A stretch of 64,000 nt of DNA from an uncultured Chloroflexia bacterium (GTDB lineage Bacteria > Chloroflexota > Limnocylindria > Limnocylindrales > CSP1-4). Positions within the stretch are counted from its first letter, which is position 1. The number at the start of each line of letters is the position of its first letter. Positions 28,628-40,798 of the stretch are shown piece by piece. The stretch spans positions 64,001 to 128,000 of the forward strand of contig CAVVJT010000002.1 in the NCBI GenBank assembly GCA_963748625.1, given 5' to 3'. The notes below the pieces were generated by a model. That model was not told the origin of the DNA and ran no database searches. It saw nothing but the letters and a program-made list of their open reading frames with translations. A program made the translations under genes and the position numbers.

Positions 28628-30060
28628 GCACGACGGATCCGCAGTCCGCGCCGCACTCTGAGGCCACGGGACAACCGCAGCCCCTCTCGACCGCACGGGC
28701 CACCGGCAGCACCTACGCCGAGGCCCTGGCTGCGATCGAGGCACGCGGCCGGTTCGGCATCCGCCTCGGGCTCGGCAGGGTCACGGCCCTCCTGCGCGCC
28801 ATGGGCGATCCGCAGCGCGAGGTGCGAGGCGCGCTCGTCGCGGGCACCAACGGCAAGGGCAGCGTCATCGCGCTGGCCGGGTCCGCCCTGCGCGCTGCCG
28901 GCTACCGCATCGGCGAGACGCCCAAGCCGCACCTCGTGACCTACCGCGAGCGGATCGTGGTGGATGGCCGCCCCATCGATGCGACCACGTTCGCGCGCCT
29001 GGTGGACGAGGCGATCCCCGCCGCCGATCGCATCGCGCGCCGCCTGGGTCCGCCCACGGAGTTCGAGCTGCTCACCGCGGTCATGTTCCGCCACTTCGCC
29101 GACGCGGAGCTTGACCTGGCGCTCGTGGAGGTGGGCCTCGGCGGCCGGCTCGACGCCACCAACGCCTGGGACGGCGGCGTCGCGGTGCTGACCAACGTGG
29201 GTCTCGACCATACCGACCGGCTGGGTCCCACGATCGCCGCGATCGCGAGGGAGAAGGCGGCGATCGTCAAGCGGGGGAACCTGGCCGTGACCGGCACGGA
29301 CGGCGAGGCCCTCGCGATCCTGCGCCGCCGGTGCGCCCGCCTCGGCGTGCCGCTCATCGTTGCCCCGCCCGCGCCGGTGCTGGGCTGGACGCGCGACGCA
29401 CTCACCGTGGAGCTGCCAGGCCTGGGCGCCGTGGACCTGGGGCTGCGCGGGCGGCACCAGGCGGCGAACGCGGCCGTCGCCGATGCCCTGCTGGACGCGC
29501 TGGCGGCCGCCGGGATCGCGTCGGTGCCCGCTGAGGCGCGACGCCGGGGCTACGCGACGGCGACCTGGGCGGGGCGCCTGGAGCTGGTCGAGGGACCGGG
29601 CGGCCGCGAGGTCCTCCTCGACGGGGCCCACAATCCCGACGGGGCGGCCGCGCTCGCGACGGCGTTGGACGACCTGCGGCCGCACCTGGCGGGGGGTCGC
29701 GACACGCCGGCGGCGCCGCTCACCCTCGTCTGGGCGGCCATGGCGGACAAGGACGTCGAGGGGGTGCTGCGCGCCTTAGCGGTCTCGCCGACGCTGGCCG
29801 GGGCCCGCATCGTGTGCACCGCGCCCGACCTCCCACGCGCGCTGCCCGCCGCGGCGCTCGCCGACCTGTGGCGCGCGGTCCTGCCAACCGCCCAGGTGGA
29901 GACCGCTCTCTCACCGGAGGCCGCCGTGGCGCGGGCCCTCGCCGCCGGCGGGTCGCACGCACGCGGGCCGGTGGTCGTGGCGGGCTCCCTCTACCTGGTG
30001 GGCGCCGCCCGGGCCGTGCTCGTGGACGATCCCGCGCTGCGGGACCCCGTGGCAGGATGA
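28624..30060 (+). CDS. folC: Folylpolyglutamate/dihydrofolate synthase
   Basis: AGTNGKGS, PHLVTYRERI, EVGLGGRLDATN, LDH, LDGAHNP. Confidence 0.95.
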   Translation: MSTTDPQSAPHSEATGQPQPLSTARATGSTYAEALAAIEARGRFGIRLGLGRVTALLRAMGDPQREVRGALVAGTNGKGSVIALAGSALRAAGYRIGETPKPHLVTYRERIVVDGRPIDATTFARLVDEAIPAADRIARRLGPPTEFELLTAVMFRHFADAELDLALVEVGLGGRLDATNAWDGGVAVLTNVGLDHTDRLGPTIAAIAREKAAIVKRGNLAVTGTDGEALAILRRRCARLGVPLIVAPPAPVLGWTRDALTVELPGLGAVDLGLRGRHQAANAAVADALLDALAAAGIASVPAEARRRGYATATWAGRLELVEGPGGREVLLDGAHNPDGAAALATALDDLRPHLAGGRDTPAAPLTLVWAAMADKDVEGVLRALAVSPTLAGARIVCTAPDLPRALPAAALADLWRAVLPTAQVETALSPEAAVARALAAGGSHARGPVVVAGSLYLVGAARAVLVDDPALRDPVAG

Positions 30061-31052
30061 CGGGCATGCACGAGCGCGACATCCCGGCCGATCGCAACGT
30101 GGTCCGTGAGCACCCCGCGCAGGGTGGGGGCGCGGCGACACCGTCATTCGGCCTGCCCAAAGGCGCCCCGACGGGCATCCCGGAGCCACCTTCCCCGCTC
30201 CAGGCCGGTCCGCTGCGCCTCGTCTGGGGCACGCGCACCTACGTCATGGGTGTGCTCAACGTCACGCCTGACTCGTTCTCGGGCGACGGGCTCCTCACGC
30301 CGGCGGGCGTCGACCCCGTGGCGGCCGCCCTGGCGCAGGCGCGCCGCATGGTGGCTGACGGCGCCGACATCCTCGACGTGGGCGGCGAGTCCACCCGGCC
30401 CGGCCACGCCCCTGTCGCCCAGGACGAGGAGCAGGCCCGCGTGGTGCCCGTCATCCGGGCCATTCGCGAGGCGCTCCCGAACACCGCGATCTCCATCGAC
30501 ACGACGAGCACCACCGTGGCCGCCGCCGCCCTCGATGCAGGCGCCCACATGCTCAACGACATCTGGGGTGTCTCGGTCGACCCTGCCATGGTGCGGCTCG
30601 CCGCCGCGCGGGGCGTGCCGATCGTGCTCATGCACAACCGCGCCGAGGCCCGCTACCGCAACGTCGTCGCCGAGGTCGTGACCGACCTCGCACACGCGCT
30701 GGACCGGGCGCTGGACGCCGGCGTTCCCTGGGATCACCTCGTGGTCGATCCCGGGTTCGGCTTCGGCAAGACGCCCGACCACAACCTCGCCGTCCTGGAG
30801 CACCTGGCAAGCCTCAAGGTCCTGGGCCGCCCCATCCTGCTCGGAACGTCGCGCAAGTCCACGCTGGGCAAGCTGCTGGACCTGCCGCCCGACCAGCGCG
30901 TCGAGGCCACCGCGGCAACGACCGCCCTGGGGATCGCGGCGGGAGCTGACATCGTCCGGGTCCACGATGTGCGCGAGAACGTCCGCACGGCGCGGGTCGC
31001 AGATGCGATCCTCCGTGGATGGCGCCCGGACGGGTGGCTGGCAGGCGGGTAG
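30057..31052 (+). CDS. folP: Dihydropteroate synthase
   Basis: MGVLNVTPDSFSGDG, GGESTRPG, DPGFGFGK, GTSRKS, RVHDV. Confidence 0.96.
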   Translation: MTGMHERDIPADRNVVREHPAQGGGAATPSFGLPKGAPTGIPEPPSPLQAGPLRLVWGTRTYVMGVLNVTPDSFSGDGLLTPAGVDPVAAALAQARRMVADGADILDVGGESTRPGHAPVAQDEEQARVVPVIRAIREALPNTAISIDTTSTTVAAAALDAGAHMLNDIWGVSVDPAMVRLAAARGVPIVLMHNRAEARYRNVVAEVVTDLAHALDRALDAGVPWDHLVVDPGFGFGKTPDHNLAVLEHLASLKVLGRPILLGTSRKSTLGKLLDLPPDQRVEATAATTALGIAAGADIVRVHDVRENVRTARVADAILRGWRPDGWLAGG

Positions 31053-31055
31053 GAC

Positions 31056-31421
31056 GTGAGCGACCGGATCTTCCTCGAGGGCATGGTGTTCTCGGGCACG
31101 CACGGCGTGTACGAGGAGGAGCAGCACAACCCGCAGCCGTTCGAGGTGGACGTGGAGCTCGCGCTCAACCTCCAGCCCGCCGGTCTCACCGACGACCTGG
31201 CACGGACCATCGACTACTCGAAGGTCTTCGACACCTGCCGGGAGATCGTCGAGACGACGCGCTTCAACCTGGTCGAGGCCCTGGCCGAGGCGATCGCGCA
31301 CGAGCTCCTGGCCAACTACCCGGCCGAGGAGGTCACGATCAGGATCTCGAAGCCCGCGATCCAGCTCGGCGGCACCTTCCGCGAGGCCGGCGTCGAGATC
31401 CGGCGGCGCCGCACGGCCTGA
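31056..31421 (+). CDS. folB: Dihydroneopterin aldolase
   Basis: HGVYEEE..PQPFEVD, DDLARTIDY, LVEALAE, ISKP. Confidence 0.95.
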   Translation: MSDRIFLEGMVFSGTHGVYEEEQHNPQPFEVDVELALNLQPAGLTDDLARTIDYSKVFDTCREIVETTRFNLVEALAEAIAHELLANYPAEEVTIRISKPAIQLGGTFREAGVEIRRRRTA

Positions 31422-31437
31422 GCCGCTCGGACAGGGA

Positions 31438-31474
31438 AACGCGCCGTCCCGGGGCCCATCCGGAACGGCGCGTT
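31438..31474. terminator. Stem-loop between convergent folB and htrA
   Basis: AACGCGCCGT...ACGGCGCGTT inverted repeat. Confidence 0.65.
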
Positions 31475-31515
31475 GGAAGCGGCGACGGCGCGGACACCCG
31501 CACCGCCACCGTGCC

Positions 31516-33081
31516 TCACGGGTTCTCGGGGCGCGTGCCGAGCGTGAGGGTCAGGGAGATGGCCTCGCCGTTGCGGAGCACATCGAGGGTCACGGTGTCC
31601 CCGGGCGCGAACTGGACCAGGACCGCGTCCAGGGGATGGAGCTGGTCAAGCTTCTGGCCGTTGATGGCCGTCACGATGTCGCTGTCGAGGAGGCCGGCCG
31701 CGGCGGCAGGGCTGCCGGCCACGATCGCGGAGCCGGTCCCGCCCTGGTTGGTGACCAGCGCACCCTCTGCCACGGGCAGGCCGAGGTCCTTCTGCGCCTG
31801 CAGGTCGAGGGTCAGGAAGCGGATGCCGATCCACGGCCGGCTCAGGTCCACGCCGGCCAGGGCCTGGTCCATGATCGGGCGCGCGATGTCGATGGGGATC
31901 GCGAAGCCGATGCCGCTGGAGTCGGTCGCCACCGCGGTGTTGATCCCGACCACGGCGCCGGTGGCGTCGGTCAGCGGACCACCCGAGTTGCCTGGGTTGA
32001 TGGCGGCGTCGGTCTGGATGAGGTTGGTGATCCGCGAGGTCCCGTCGTCCACCTGGACGTCCCGGCCCTTGCCGGACACGATCCCGCTGGTGACGGAGAA
32101 GCTGTACGTGCCCAGGGGGCTGCCGATCGCCACCACGAGCTGGCCGATCTTGAGGCCGTCGGAGCGCCCGAGGCCGGCCACCGGGAGGCCCGTGGCCTCG
32201 ACCTTGATGATGGCGAGGTCGGTCAGCGTGTCCACGCCGTAGACGGTGCCCTTGAAGGTCCGGCCGTCCGGCAGCTCGACGTCGAGCGTGTCGGCGCCCG
32301 CCACGACGTGGCGGTTGGTCACGATCCAGCCGTTCGCGTCGTAGATGAAGCCCGAGCCCACGCCGCTGGACGGGACGGTGCCGAACGGGTCGGTGCTCTC
32401 GCCCGCGGTGGTGATCTTGACGACCGCGGGGCTGGTCTTCGCAGCCGCGTCGATCACCGCAGACGACTCGTTGATGGTGACCGGCACGCCGCCGGCGGTG
32501 GTCTGCCCTGAACCGGCGGCGATGGCCGGGACGACGGCCTGGTCGAAGGCACCCGCACGCTCGAGGGCGATCACGGTGCCGCCCGACGCCAGGACGGCCG
32601 AGAGGAGCGACACGAGGGCGATGGTGCCGATCCCGGCCCCGCCGCGGCGTGTCTTGACGGGCTCGGTGGCCACGGTGGCCGGCGCGGGCTCCACGGGACC
32701 GTGGACCGGTGCAGGTGGGGCGACCTGGCCGAAGCCCTCAGCGGCCGCGCTGTTGGGCGGGGACGGCACGAACCAGCGATCGGCGGCGCCCGCGGGGACG
32801 GTGGAGCCGGGCTGGGCCCACGCCCAGCGGGTGTCCGGGCGCGGATCGGGCGCCGGCGCGTAGCGCGGCACCTCGACGGGCTGGGTGTCGTCGAGGGGGT
32901 CGGCCGAGCTGGCGATGATGGGCTCGATCGGGCTGGCGCCGGCCGGCTGCTCCGGCGCAGGCGCGGAGGGGGACTCGGGCGCGGAGGGGGACTCGGGCGC
33001 GGAGGGGACTCGGGCGCGGAGGGGACTCGGGCGCTGGCTCCTGCTCGGGGCGCGGGGCGGCTCCGGGCGTGATGTCGTCGG

Positions 33082-33085
<4 letters not shown>
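31516..33085 (-). CDS. htrA: HtrA/DegP-family membrane serine protease (TM, trypsin domain, one PDZ); apparent 2-nt frameshift in the N-terminal repeat
   Basis: TNRHVV, DLA, AINPGNSGG triad motifs. ATG 33085 overlaps the kinase stop, and the frame is restored if the two 17-nt repeat units were 18 nt. Uninterrupted ORF is 31516..32871. Confidence 0.88.
32961..33030 (-). repeat. Tandem repeat GCGCGGA(G)nACTCGG x4; two units with G5, two with G4
   Basis: Units 32961-32978 and 32979-32996 (18 nt, encoding PESPSA); 32997-33013 and 33014-33030 (17 nt). Confidence 0.92.
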
Positions 33086-34872
<1,787 letters not shown>

Positions 34873-34873
34873 G

Positions 34874-35572
34874 TCAGCGCTCGGCGAACTGGTAGCCCGC
34901 GCCCCGGACGGTCAACACGAACTGGGGCGCAGAGGGGTCGTCCTCGATCTTCTCGCGCAGGTGGCTCACGTGGACATTGATCGTCTTCTCGTCCTGGTCG
35001 AGCGCCTCGTAGTCACGCAGCAGCTCCAGGAGCTCGCGCCGCGAGAAGACGCGCCCGGGGCGGCTGGCGAGGTGGCGCAGGATCTCGAACTCGGTGGCCG
35101 TGAGCGCGATGCGGCGCTGACCCCGCTGGACGCGTCGGCGCTCGAGGTCGATCACGAGATCGCCGTGGCGGATGACGCGGCCGCCGGCCGCATTGGCAAG
35201 GTCGCCGTACGCACGCCGCAGCAGGGCGCGGATGCGGCTGAGGAGCTCGCGCAGGGCGAAGGGCTTGGTGACGTAATCGTCGGCGCCAAGCTCCAGGCCG
35301 ACCACCTTGTCGAACTCGTCACCCCGCGCCGTCAGGAACAGGACCGGCGCCTTGACCCCGGCGGCCCGCAGGCGGCGCAGCACCTCGAACCCGTCGATGC
35401 CGGGCAGGCGCACGTCGAGCACGATCAGGTCGGGGGCCTGGGAGGTCGCGAAGTCCAGGCCTTCCTCGCCCGAGCGCGCGAGCGTGACCTCATATCCCTC
35501 CTGCTGGAGGGCGTACTGGATGCCCCGTGCGACGGCGAACTCGTCTTCGACGATCAGGATGGTGGATGCCAC
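34874..35572 (-). CDS. OmpR/PhoB-family response regulator
   Basis: IVEDE, PDLIVLDVRLP, GADDYVTKPF, TVRGAGY. Confidence 0.96.
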   Translation of the reverse strand: MASTILIVEDEFAVARGIQYALQQEGYEVTLARSGEEGLDFATSQAPDLIVLDVRLPGIDGFEVLRRLRAAGVKAPVLFLTARGDEFDKVVGLELGADDYVTKPFALRELLSRIRALLRRAYGDLANAAGGRVIRHGDLVIDLERRRVQRGQRRIALTATEFEILRHLASRPGRVFSRRELLELLRDYEALDQDEKTINVHVSHLREKIEDDPSAPQFVLTVRGAGYQFAER

Positions 35573-35749
35573 GGCGCGCCGATCCTACAGCACGCTCCCC
35601 ATGTGCGACCCGGACCGGCCGACTCGGAGGTCGCGTGAGCCCTGTGATAGCGTTGCTGCCACGGTTATGCGGGCGGGGTCCCGCGATCCAGGCGGTCGCC
35701 GACCTCGCGCCCGCGGGCCACCGGCCGCCAGCACCTCGAGGTGGCATCC

Positions 35750-36391
35750 ATGCCCGACCGACCCACCCTCTCCGCGTCCAGCCGCGACATCGTCGGCAAG
35801 AAGGTCGCCCGCCTGCGCCGCGCCGGCCGCATGCCGGCCGTGGTCTTCGGCCATGGCGACGCCAGCACGCCGGTCAGCGTCGATGCCCACGAGTTCGAGG
35901 TCCTGCGCCGGCACATCGGCGCGACCGCGCTCATCGACCTCTCGATCGACGGCGAGCGCGTCGTCCCGGTCATGGTCCATGGCATGCAGCGGCACCGGGT
36001 GACCCAGCGGGTTCTCCACGTGGACCTGTTCGCCGTGCGGATGTCCGAGGAGATGGTGCTTGACGCGCCCCTCGTGGGCACAGGCGAGGCCCCCGCGGTC
36101 GCGCTGGGCGGAACGCTCGTGCACCAGCTCACCTCGCTCAAGGTGAAGGCCCTCCCCGCGGCCCAGCCCGAGGCGCTGTACTTCGACCTTTCGGCGCTCG
36201 TGGACTACGACGCCATGATCACCGTCGCTGACCTGGCCCTTCCCAGCGGTGTCACCCTGCTGCACTCGGATCTGACCGAGGTGGTTGCACGGGTCCTCCC
36301 GCCGAGGGTCGTCGAGGCAGAGGTCGGCGCGTCCGAAGAGGCACCGGCCGAAGTCGTCGACGCCGCCGCCGCCGGCTCCGGCGAGGGCTGA
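35750..36391 (+). CDS. rplY: 50S ribosomal protein bL25 (long CTC/TL5 form)
   Basis: GKKVARLRRAGRMPAVVFG, QRHRVTQRVLHVDLF, beta-domain and acidic tail; GAGGTG RBS. Confidence 0.92.
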   Translation: MPDRPTLSASSRDIVGKKVARLRRAGRMPAVVFGHGDASTPVSVDAHEFEVLRRHIGATALIDLSIDGERVVPVMVHGMQRHRVTQRVLHVDLFAVRMSEEMVLDAPLVGTGEAPAVALGGTLVHQLTSLKVKALPAAQPEALYFDLSALVDYDAMITVADLALPSGVTLLHSDLTEVVARVLPPRVVEAEVGASEEAPAEVVDAAAAGSGEG

Positions 36392-36431
36392 CCCAGCCCA
36401 GCCGTCTCGGGGCCGGGTTGACCCGGCCGTC

Positions 36432-37256
36432 TCAGGGCCGGGCGGACCGTCGTCCGGCCACGTACGCGACGGGGAGGCGCATCCGGAGGCCGTCCGGGTC
36501 CAGCGCGCGCAGGCGCGCGAGCACGTCGGCTTCCAGCGCCGCGCGCCTGGCGGGTGCGAGCGACGCGAAGCGGTCCTCGTCGTCGAAGCGCGCCATGAAG
36601 GCAAGGTAGCCCTCCGGTGTGAACTGGTGGTCAAGGTCGTCCTCGCGGGTCGTCACGCCCGCGAACCCCGCCCGGCGGAGCTGTGCGGCAAGCACGCCGG
36701 CATGCTCCGGGTCGTCCTGGCCGGCACTCCGGTCGTCGAGCTCGAGGCCTGCGTCGTCGAGCGCTTGGTCGTAGACGTCGTCGGCAGGAAAGCGCCCGCC
36801 GGCGAGCCAGGTGACGTACGCGATGGTGCCGCCCGGCCGCAGGATCCGCCGGACCTCGCGCAGCGCCCGGGGGCGCGACGGGACCAGCTGGTAGACGAAT
36901 GCCGACGTGGCGACGTCGACGCTGCCCGCTGCGAGCGGGAGGTGGTCGGCCGCACCCTGGCGCAGGCTGATCCGGGATCGGGCCTCACCCGCCAGCACGG
37001 CGAGCTCCCGTTCGGCCACCTCCAGCATGCCCGCCGACAGGTCCACCCCGACGGCACGCACGTGCGGCCAGCGGGTGACCGCCGCCGCAAGGAACGCCCC
37101 GGTGCCGCAGCCGATGTCGACGATGGTCCGGGCACCGACGGCCACGGCGGGCGCGACCTCGTCGAGCAGGGCCAGAGTGGAAGGCCGGTGCACCGGCGAC
37201 CACCAGCGGGCGTACGCCTCAGCGATGCGGTCATAGCGGGGCTCCTGGTCCACCAT
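36432..37256 (-). CDS. Class I SAM-dependent methyltransferase
   Basis: VDIGCGTG, GVDLSAGML, RILRPGG. Confidence 0.9.
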   Translation of the reverse strand: MVDQEPRYDRIAEAYARWWSPVHRPSTLALLDEVAPAVAVGARTIVDIGCGTGAFLAAAVTRWPHVRAVGVDLSAGMLEVAERELAVLAGEARSRISLRQGAADHLPLAAGSVDVATSAFVYQLVPSRPRALREVRRILRPGGTIAYVTWLAGGRFPADDVYDQALDDAGLELDDRSAGQDDPEHAGVLAAQLRRAGFAGVTTREDDLDHQFTPEGYLAFMARFDDEDRFASLAPARRAALEADVLARLRALDPDGLRMRLPVAYVAGRRSARP

Positions 37257-37465
37257 CGCCGCCATCGTGCCATGCCTTGGTGGTCCCCTGCGACGGCCCG
37301 TGACCGGGTTGCGTGCCGGTTTTGTGCCGTTCGGCCCCCGGCGCCCGGTCCCGGAGCGCTGGAACCCGCCAGCAGGCGGGCGGATGCTCCTGAGTCGGAA
37401 GAGCAGATTCGGCGGTTGATGCCGACAACCGCAGCCGGGCCCCGGGGTCCGAAAGGAGCAGCGGT

Positions 37466-37867
37466 ATGAAGAAGATCCTCCTCGCCTATGACGGCGACGA
37501 GCCCGCAAAGCGCGCCCTGGCGCAGACGATCGAGCTCGCGACACGCTTCCAGGCGGAGGTTGGCGTGATCAGTGTGGTCCCGGACCAGCACGGCGGTCTC
37601 CGGGCGGATCCGTGGGACGACCGGTCGGTGCATGCCGAGGAGCTCGTCGAGGCGCGCAAGCTGCTGCGCGAGCACGGCATCGAAGTCGAGCTGTACGAGC
37701 CCGACGGCGACGTCGCCAAGAGCATCGAGCGGATCGCGGACGAGATGGGCTACGACGTGATCGTCGTGGGCACCCACGGCCTCGGCACGGTGTCCAAGGC
37801 GATCCAGGGCAGCGTGTCCGAGCATGTCGCCACCCACGCCCACGCCACGGTGGTCGTCGCCCGCTGA
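37466..37867 (+). CDS. Universal stress protein
   Basis: KILLAYDG, DVIVVGTHG...GSVSEHV; AAAGGAG RBS. Confidence 0.93.
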   Translation: MKKILLAYDGDEPAKRALAQTIELATRFQAEVGVISVVPDQHGGLRADPWDDRSVHAEELVEARKLLREHGIEVELYEPDGDVAKSIERIADEMGYDVIVVGTHGLGTVSKAIQGSVSEHVATHAHATVVVAR

Positions 37868-39669
37868 TGGGCGCGCTCGACCGAGCCCACACATCCATCC
37901 CGGAGGTTCCTGCCGTGATCCTTGCCGCACCGGCCACGCCGCGCGGCCACGCCCACCGGCTCTCGCGCACCGTCCTCGACGCGCTCCGCAGCGGCACTGG
38001 GCCGGCCCCTGTCACGCTGCGCGGTCTCGCCCTCATGGCGGACCCCGTCCTGAACAAGGACGCCGCCTTCACCGAGGAGGAGCGCGAGGTCCTGGGCCTG
38101 CGCGGCCTGCTGCCACCGCGGGTGGTGGACATCGACCTCCAGGTGGCCCTCGAGCTGGAGCACGTCCGGCACAAGCAGGACGATCTCGAGAAGTACATCG
38201 GCCTGGCCGCGCTCCAGGACCGCAACGAGACGCTCTTCCACAAGGTGCTCCTCGAGCACCTCGAGGAGCTGCTGCCGATCGTGTACACGCCCACCGTGGG
38301 GCGGGCCTGCCAGCAGTTCAGCCACCAGTACCGGCGGCCGCGCGGCGTCTGGATCACGCCCGATGACGTGAGCCGGGTGCCGGAACTGCTTCGCAATGCA
38401 GCCCGCGACGAGATCCGCCTGATCGTGGTCACCGACAACGAGCGGATCCTGGGCCTCGGCGACCAGGGGGCCGGCGGCATGGGCATCCCCGTCGGCAAGC
38501 TGGCGATCTACTCCGCGGCGGCGGGGGTCCACCCCGGCATGACGCTCCCGGTGTCGCTGGACGTGGGAACGGACCGGGTCGAGCTCCTGGCCGATCCCCT
38601 GTACGTCGGCTGGCGCCATCCGCGACTGCGGGGCGACGCCTACGACGAGGTGGTGGAGGCGTTCGTGGCCGGCGTCCGGGAGGTGCTACCGCGGGCGGTC
38701 CTGCAGTGGGAGGACTTCAAGCAGCACAACGCGATCCGGCTGCTCGACCGGTACCGCCAGTGGGTCTGCTCCTTCAACGACGACATCCAGGGCACGGCGG
38801 CGGTGGCCGTCGCGGGGATTCTTGCCGCGCTACGGGTCGCGGAGCGGCCGCTGGGTGAGACGCGGTTCGTGCTGGCCGGCGCGGGGGCCGCGGGGACGGG
38901 CATCGCGCGCCTGCTGCGGGTGGCAATGGTGGAGGCCGGCATCCCGGCTGCCGACGCCCACAACTCGGTCGCGGTCCTGGACTCCCATGGGCTGGTGGTC
39001 GAGGGACGGCCCGGTCTCGACGACGACAAGGCCGATACGTCGCTGTCGCGTGACGTGGTCGCGGCGCTGGGGCTGGATCCCGACGGACCCCACGACCTGC
39101 TCGAGGTGGTGCGAGCCTTCAAGCCCGACGTGCTCCTGGGCACGACCGGCATCGGGGGCGCGTTCGCGGAGGACGTGATCCGGGCCATGGCCGACAGCTG
39201 CGCCCGCCCGATCGTGCTGCCCCTGTCGAACCCCACCGCCAATACGGAGGCCACGCCGGCCGACGTCATGGCCTGGACCGGAGGGCGCGCCATCGTGGCC
39301 ACCGGCAGTCCCTTCCCGCCGGTTCTTGTAAACGGGGAGCCGCACCGGATCCCCCAGGTGAACAACGCCTACGTGTTCCCGGGCATCGGTCTCGCTGCGA
39401 TCGTGTCGGAGGCGCGGATCCTGCCCGACTCCGCGTTCCTCGTCGCCTCGCGGCGGCTGGCGGGCATGGCGACGCCCGCCTCACTTGCCGAGGGCGCCCT
39501 CTTCCCGCCCATCAGCGAGCTGCGATCCGTCGCTCGGGACGTCGCCATCGCGGTCGTCGGGCACCTTGGCGACCTGGGCGTTGGGCGACGGTTCCCACCT
39601 GCCCAGATCCCGGCTGCCGTGGACGCCGCGATGTGGAAGCCTGCCTACGTGCGGTACGAGGCGGTCTAG
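37867..39669 (+). CDS. maeA: NAD-dependent malic enzyme (large type)
   Basis: PIVYTPTVG, ERILGLGDQG, QWEDF, FNDDIQGT, GAGAAG, LSNPT, NNAYVFPG; TGATG overlap with usp. Confidence 0.92.
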   Translation: MGALDRAHTSIPEVPAVILAAPATPRGHAHRLSRTVLDALRSGTGPAPVTLRGLALMADPVLNKDAAFTEEEREVLGLRGLLPPRVVDIDLQVALELEHVRHKQDDLEKYIGLAALQDRNETLFHKVLLEHLEELLPIVYTPTVGRACQQFSHQYRRPRGVWITPDDVSRVPELLRNAARDEIRLIVVTDNERILGLGDQGAGGMGIPVGKLAIYSAAAGVHPGMTLPVSLDVGTDRVELLADPLYVGWRHPRLRGDAYDEVVEAFVAGVREVLPRAVLQWEDFKQHNAIRLLDRYRQWVCSFNDDIQGTAAVAVAGILAALRVAERPLGETRFVLAGAGAAGTGIARLLRVAMVEAGIPAADAHNSVAVLDSHGLVVEGRPGLDDDKADTSLSRDVVAALGLDPDGPHDLLEVVRAFKPDVLLGTTGIGGAFAEDVIRAMADSCARPIVLPLSNPTANTEATPADVMAWTGGRAIVATGSPFPPVLVNGEPHRIPQVNNAYVFPGIGLAAIVSEARILPDSAFLVASRRLAGMATPASLAEGALFPPISELRSVARDVAIAVVGHLGDLGVGRRFPPAQIPAAVDAAMWKPAYVRYEAV

Positions 39670-39814
39670 ATCCGGGCACCCCACCCACCAGGCATCGGGT
39701 TCTCGCTCGCGTGCCGCCCAGCGGGGCCGGTGCAGCCCGCGTGGCGGCAAGCTGGTGCAGGATCCCGCACCCAGTGCCCGCCTGGCGGGAGGCGGGCACG
39801 GCGGTACGCGCGCC

Positions 39815-40747
39815 CTAGCCGAAGATTGACGTCGGGCAGTACGCGGTCACGATCCAGTTCGGCTGGTCCACGATCTCGCTGATCCGCAGGTCGCCCGCGA
39901 CCGAGAGCAGCAGGTAGGCGTCGATCGGGGCCAGCCCGCGCTCCGCCGCCAGCCGGTCGATCATCCGGCGCACAGCGTCGCGCGCGGCCTGGAACAGGTC
40001 CGGCCCCACGCCGTCGCAGGCGAGCCAGGGCGCCGTGTTGGTGGACAGCCCCAGCGGGCCCGCGGTCCGGAACTCCGGGGCCGAGACGGTCACGTCGCGC
40101 CGCACGGAGAGCCGCACCGACGCCCGCATCGGCGTCTCGATCGCCGTCCCGCAGACCTCGCCGTCGCCCTGCGCCGCGTGCCCGTCGCCCAGCGAGAACA
40201 GCGCGCCCGGGACCTGGACCGGCAGCCACAGCACCGACCCTGCCGTCAGGTGCCGGGTGTCCATGTTGCCGCCGGTGACGTCGGGCGGGATGGTGGAGCG
40301 GGGGTCGCCCGCCGGTGCCACGCCAAGCTCACCGCAGAACGGGGCCAGCGGCACGCGCACGCCGGGCAGGAACTCCCCGAAGTGCCCGTCGAGCTTCGTG
40401 ATCCGCAGGTACGGATCCGGGAACTGGTCGGCGAGCAGGCCGAACCCCGGGATGTTCGCCGTCCAGCCCCAGTCGCCCGGCTCGAAGGAGAGCAGCTCCA
40501 CCTCGAGCGTGTCGCCGGGCTCGGCGCCGTCCACGTGGATCGGGCCCGCCACCTGGTCCACCTGGTCGAACGCGAGCGAGTCCAGGTCCGCGGTCACCGA
40601 GGACGCGGTGACCTGGCCGTTGGAGGCGTCGAGCGCGTCGAAGGAGACGACATCGCCGGGCGCGACCGTGAGCACAGGCGGCACGGTCTTGTCCCAGGCG
40701 AGGTGCCACTGGTCGCGGCGGACGTGGAACGGGGGCTGGCTGGCCAT
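39815..40747 (-). CDS. Acetamidase/formamidase (FmdA/AmdA) family protein
   Basis: GPIHVDGAEPGDTL, GGNMD, GDGHAAQGDGEVCGTAIE. Confidence 0.92.
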   Translation of the reverse strand: MASQPPFHVRRDQWHLAWDKTVPPVLTVAPGDVVSFDALDASNGQVTASSVTADLDSLAFDQVDQVAGPIHVDGAEPGDTLEVELLSFEPGDWGWTANIPGFGLLADQFPDPYLRITKLDGHFGEFLPGVRVPLAPFCGELGVAPAGDPRSTIPPDVTGGNMDTRHLTAGSVLWLPVQVPGALFSLGDGHAAQGDGEVCGTAIETPMRASVRLSVRRDVTVSAPEFRTAGPLGLSTNTAPWLACDGVGPDLFQAARDAVRRMIDRLAAERGLAPIDAYLLLSVAGDLRISEIVDQPNWIVTAYCPTSIFG

Positions 40748-40798
40748 CGGTTCGGCTCCGGAACTGCGGGGGCTCGGGGGATCAGGAGAGCTCGAGGG

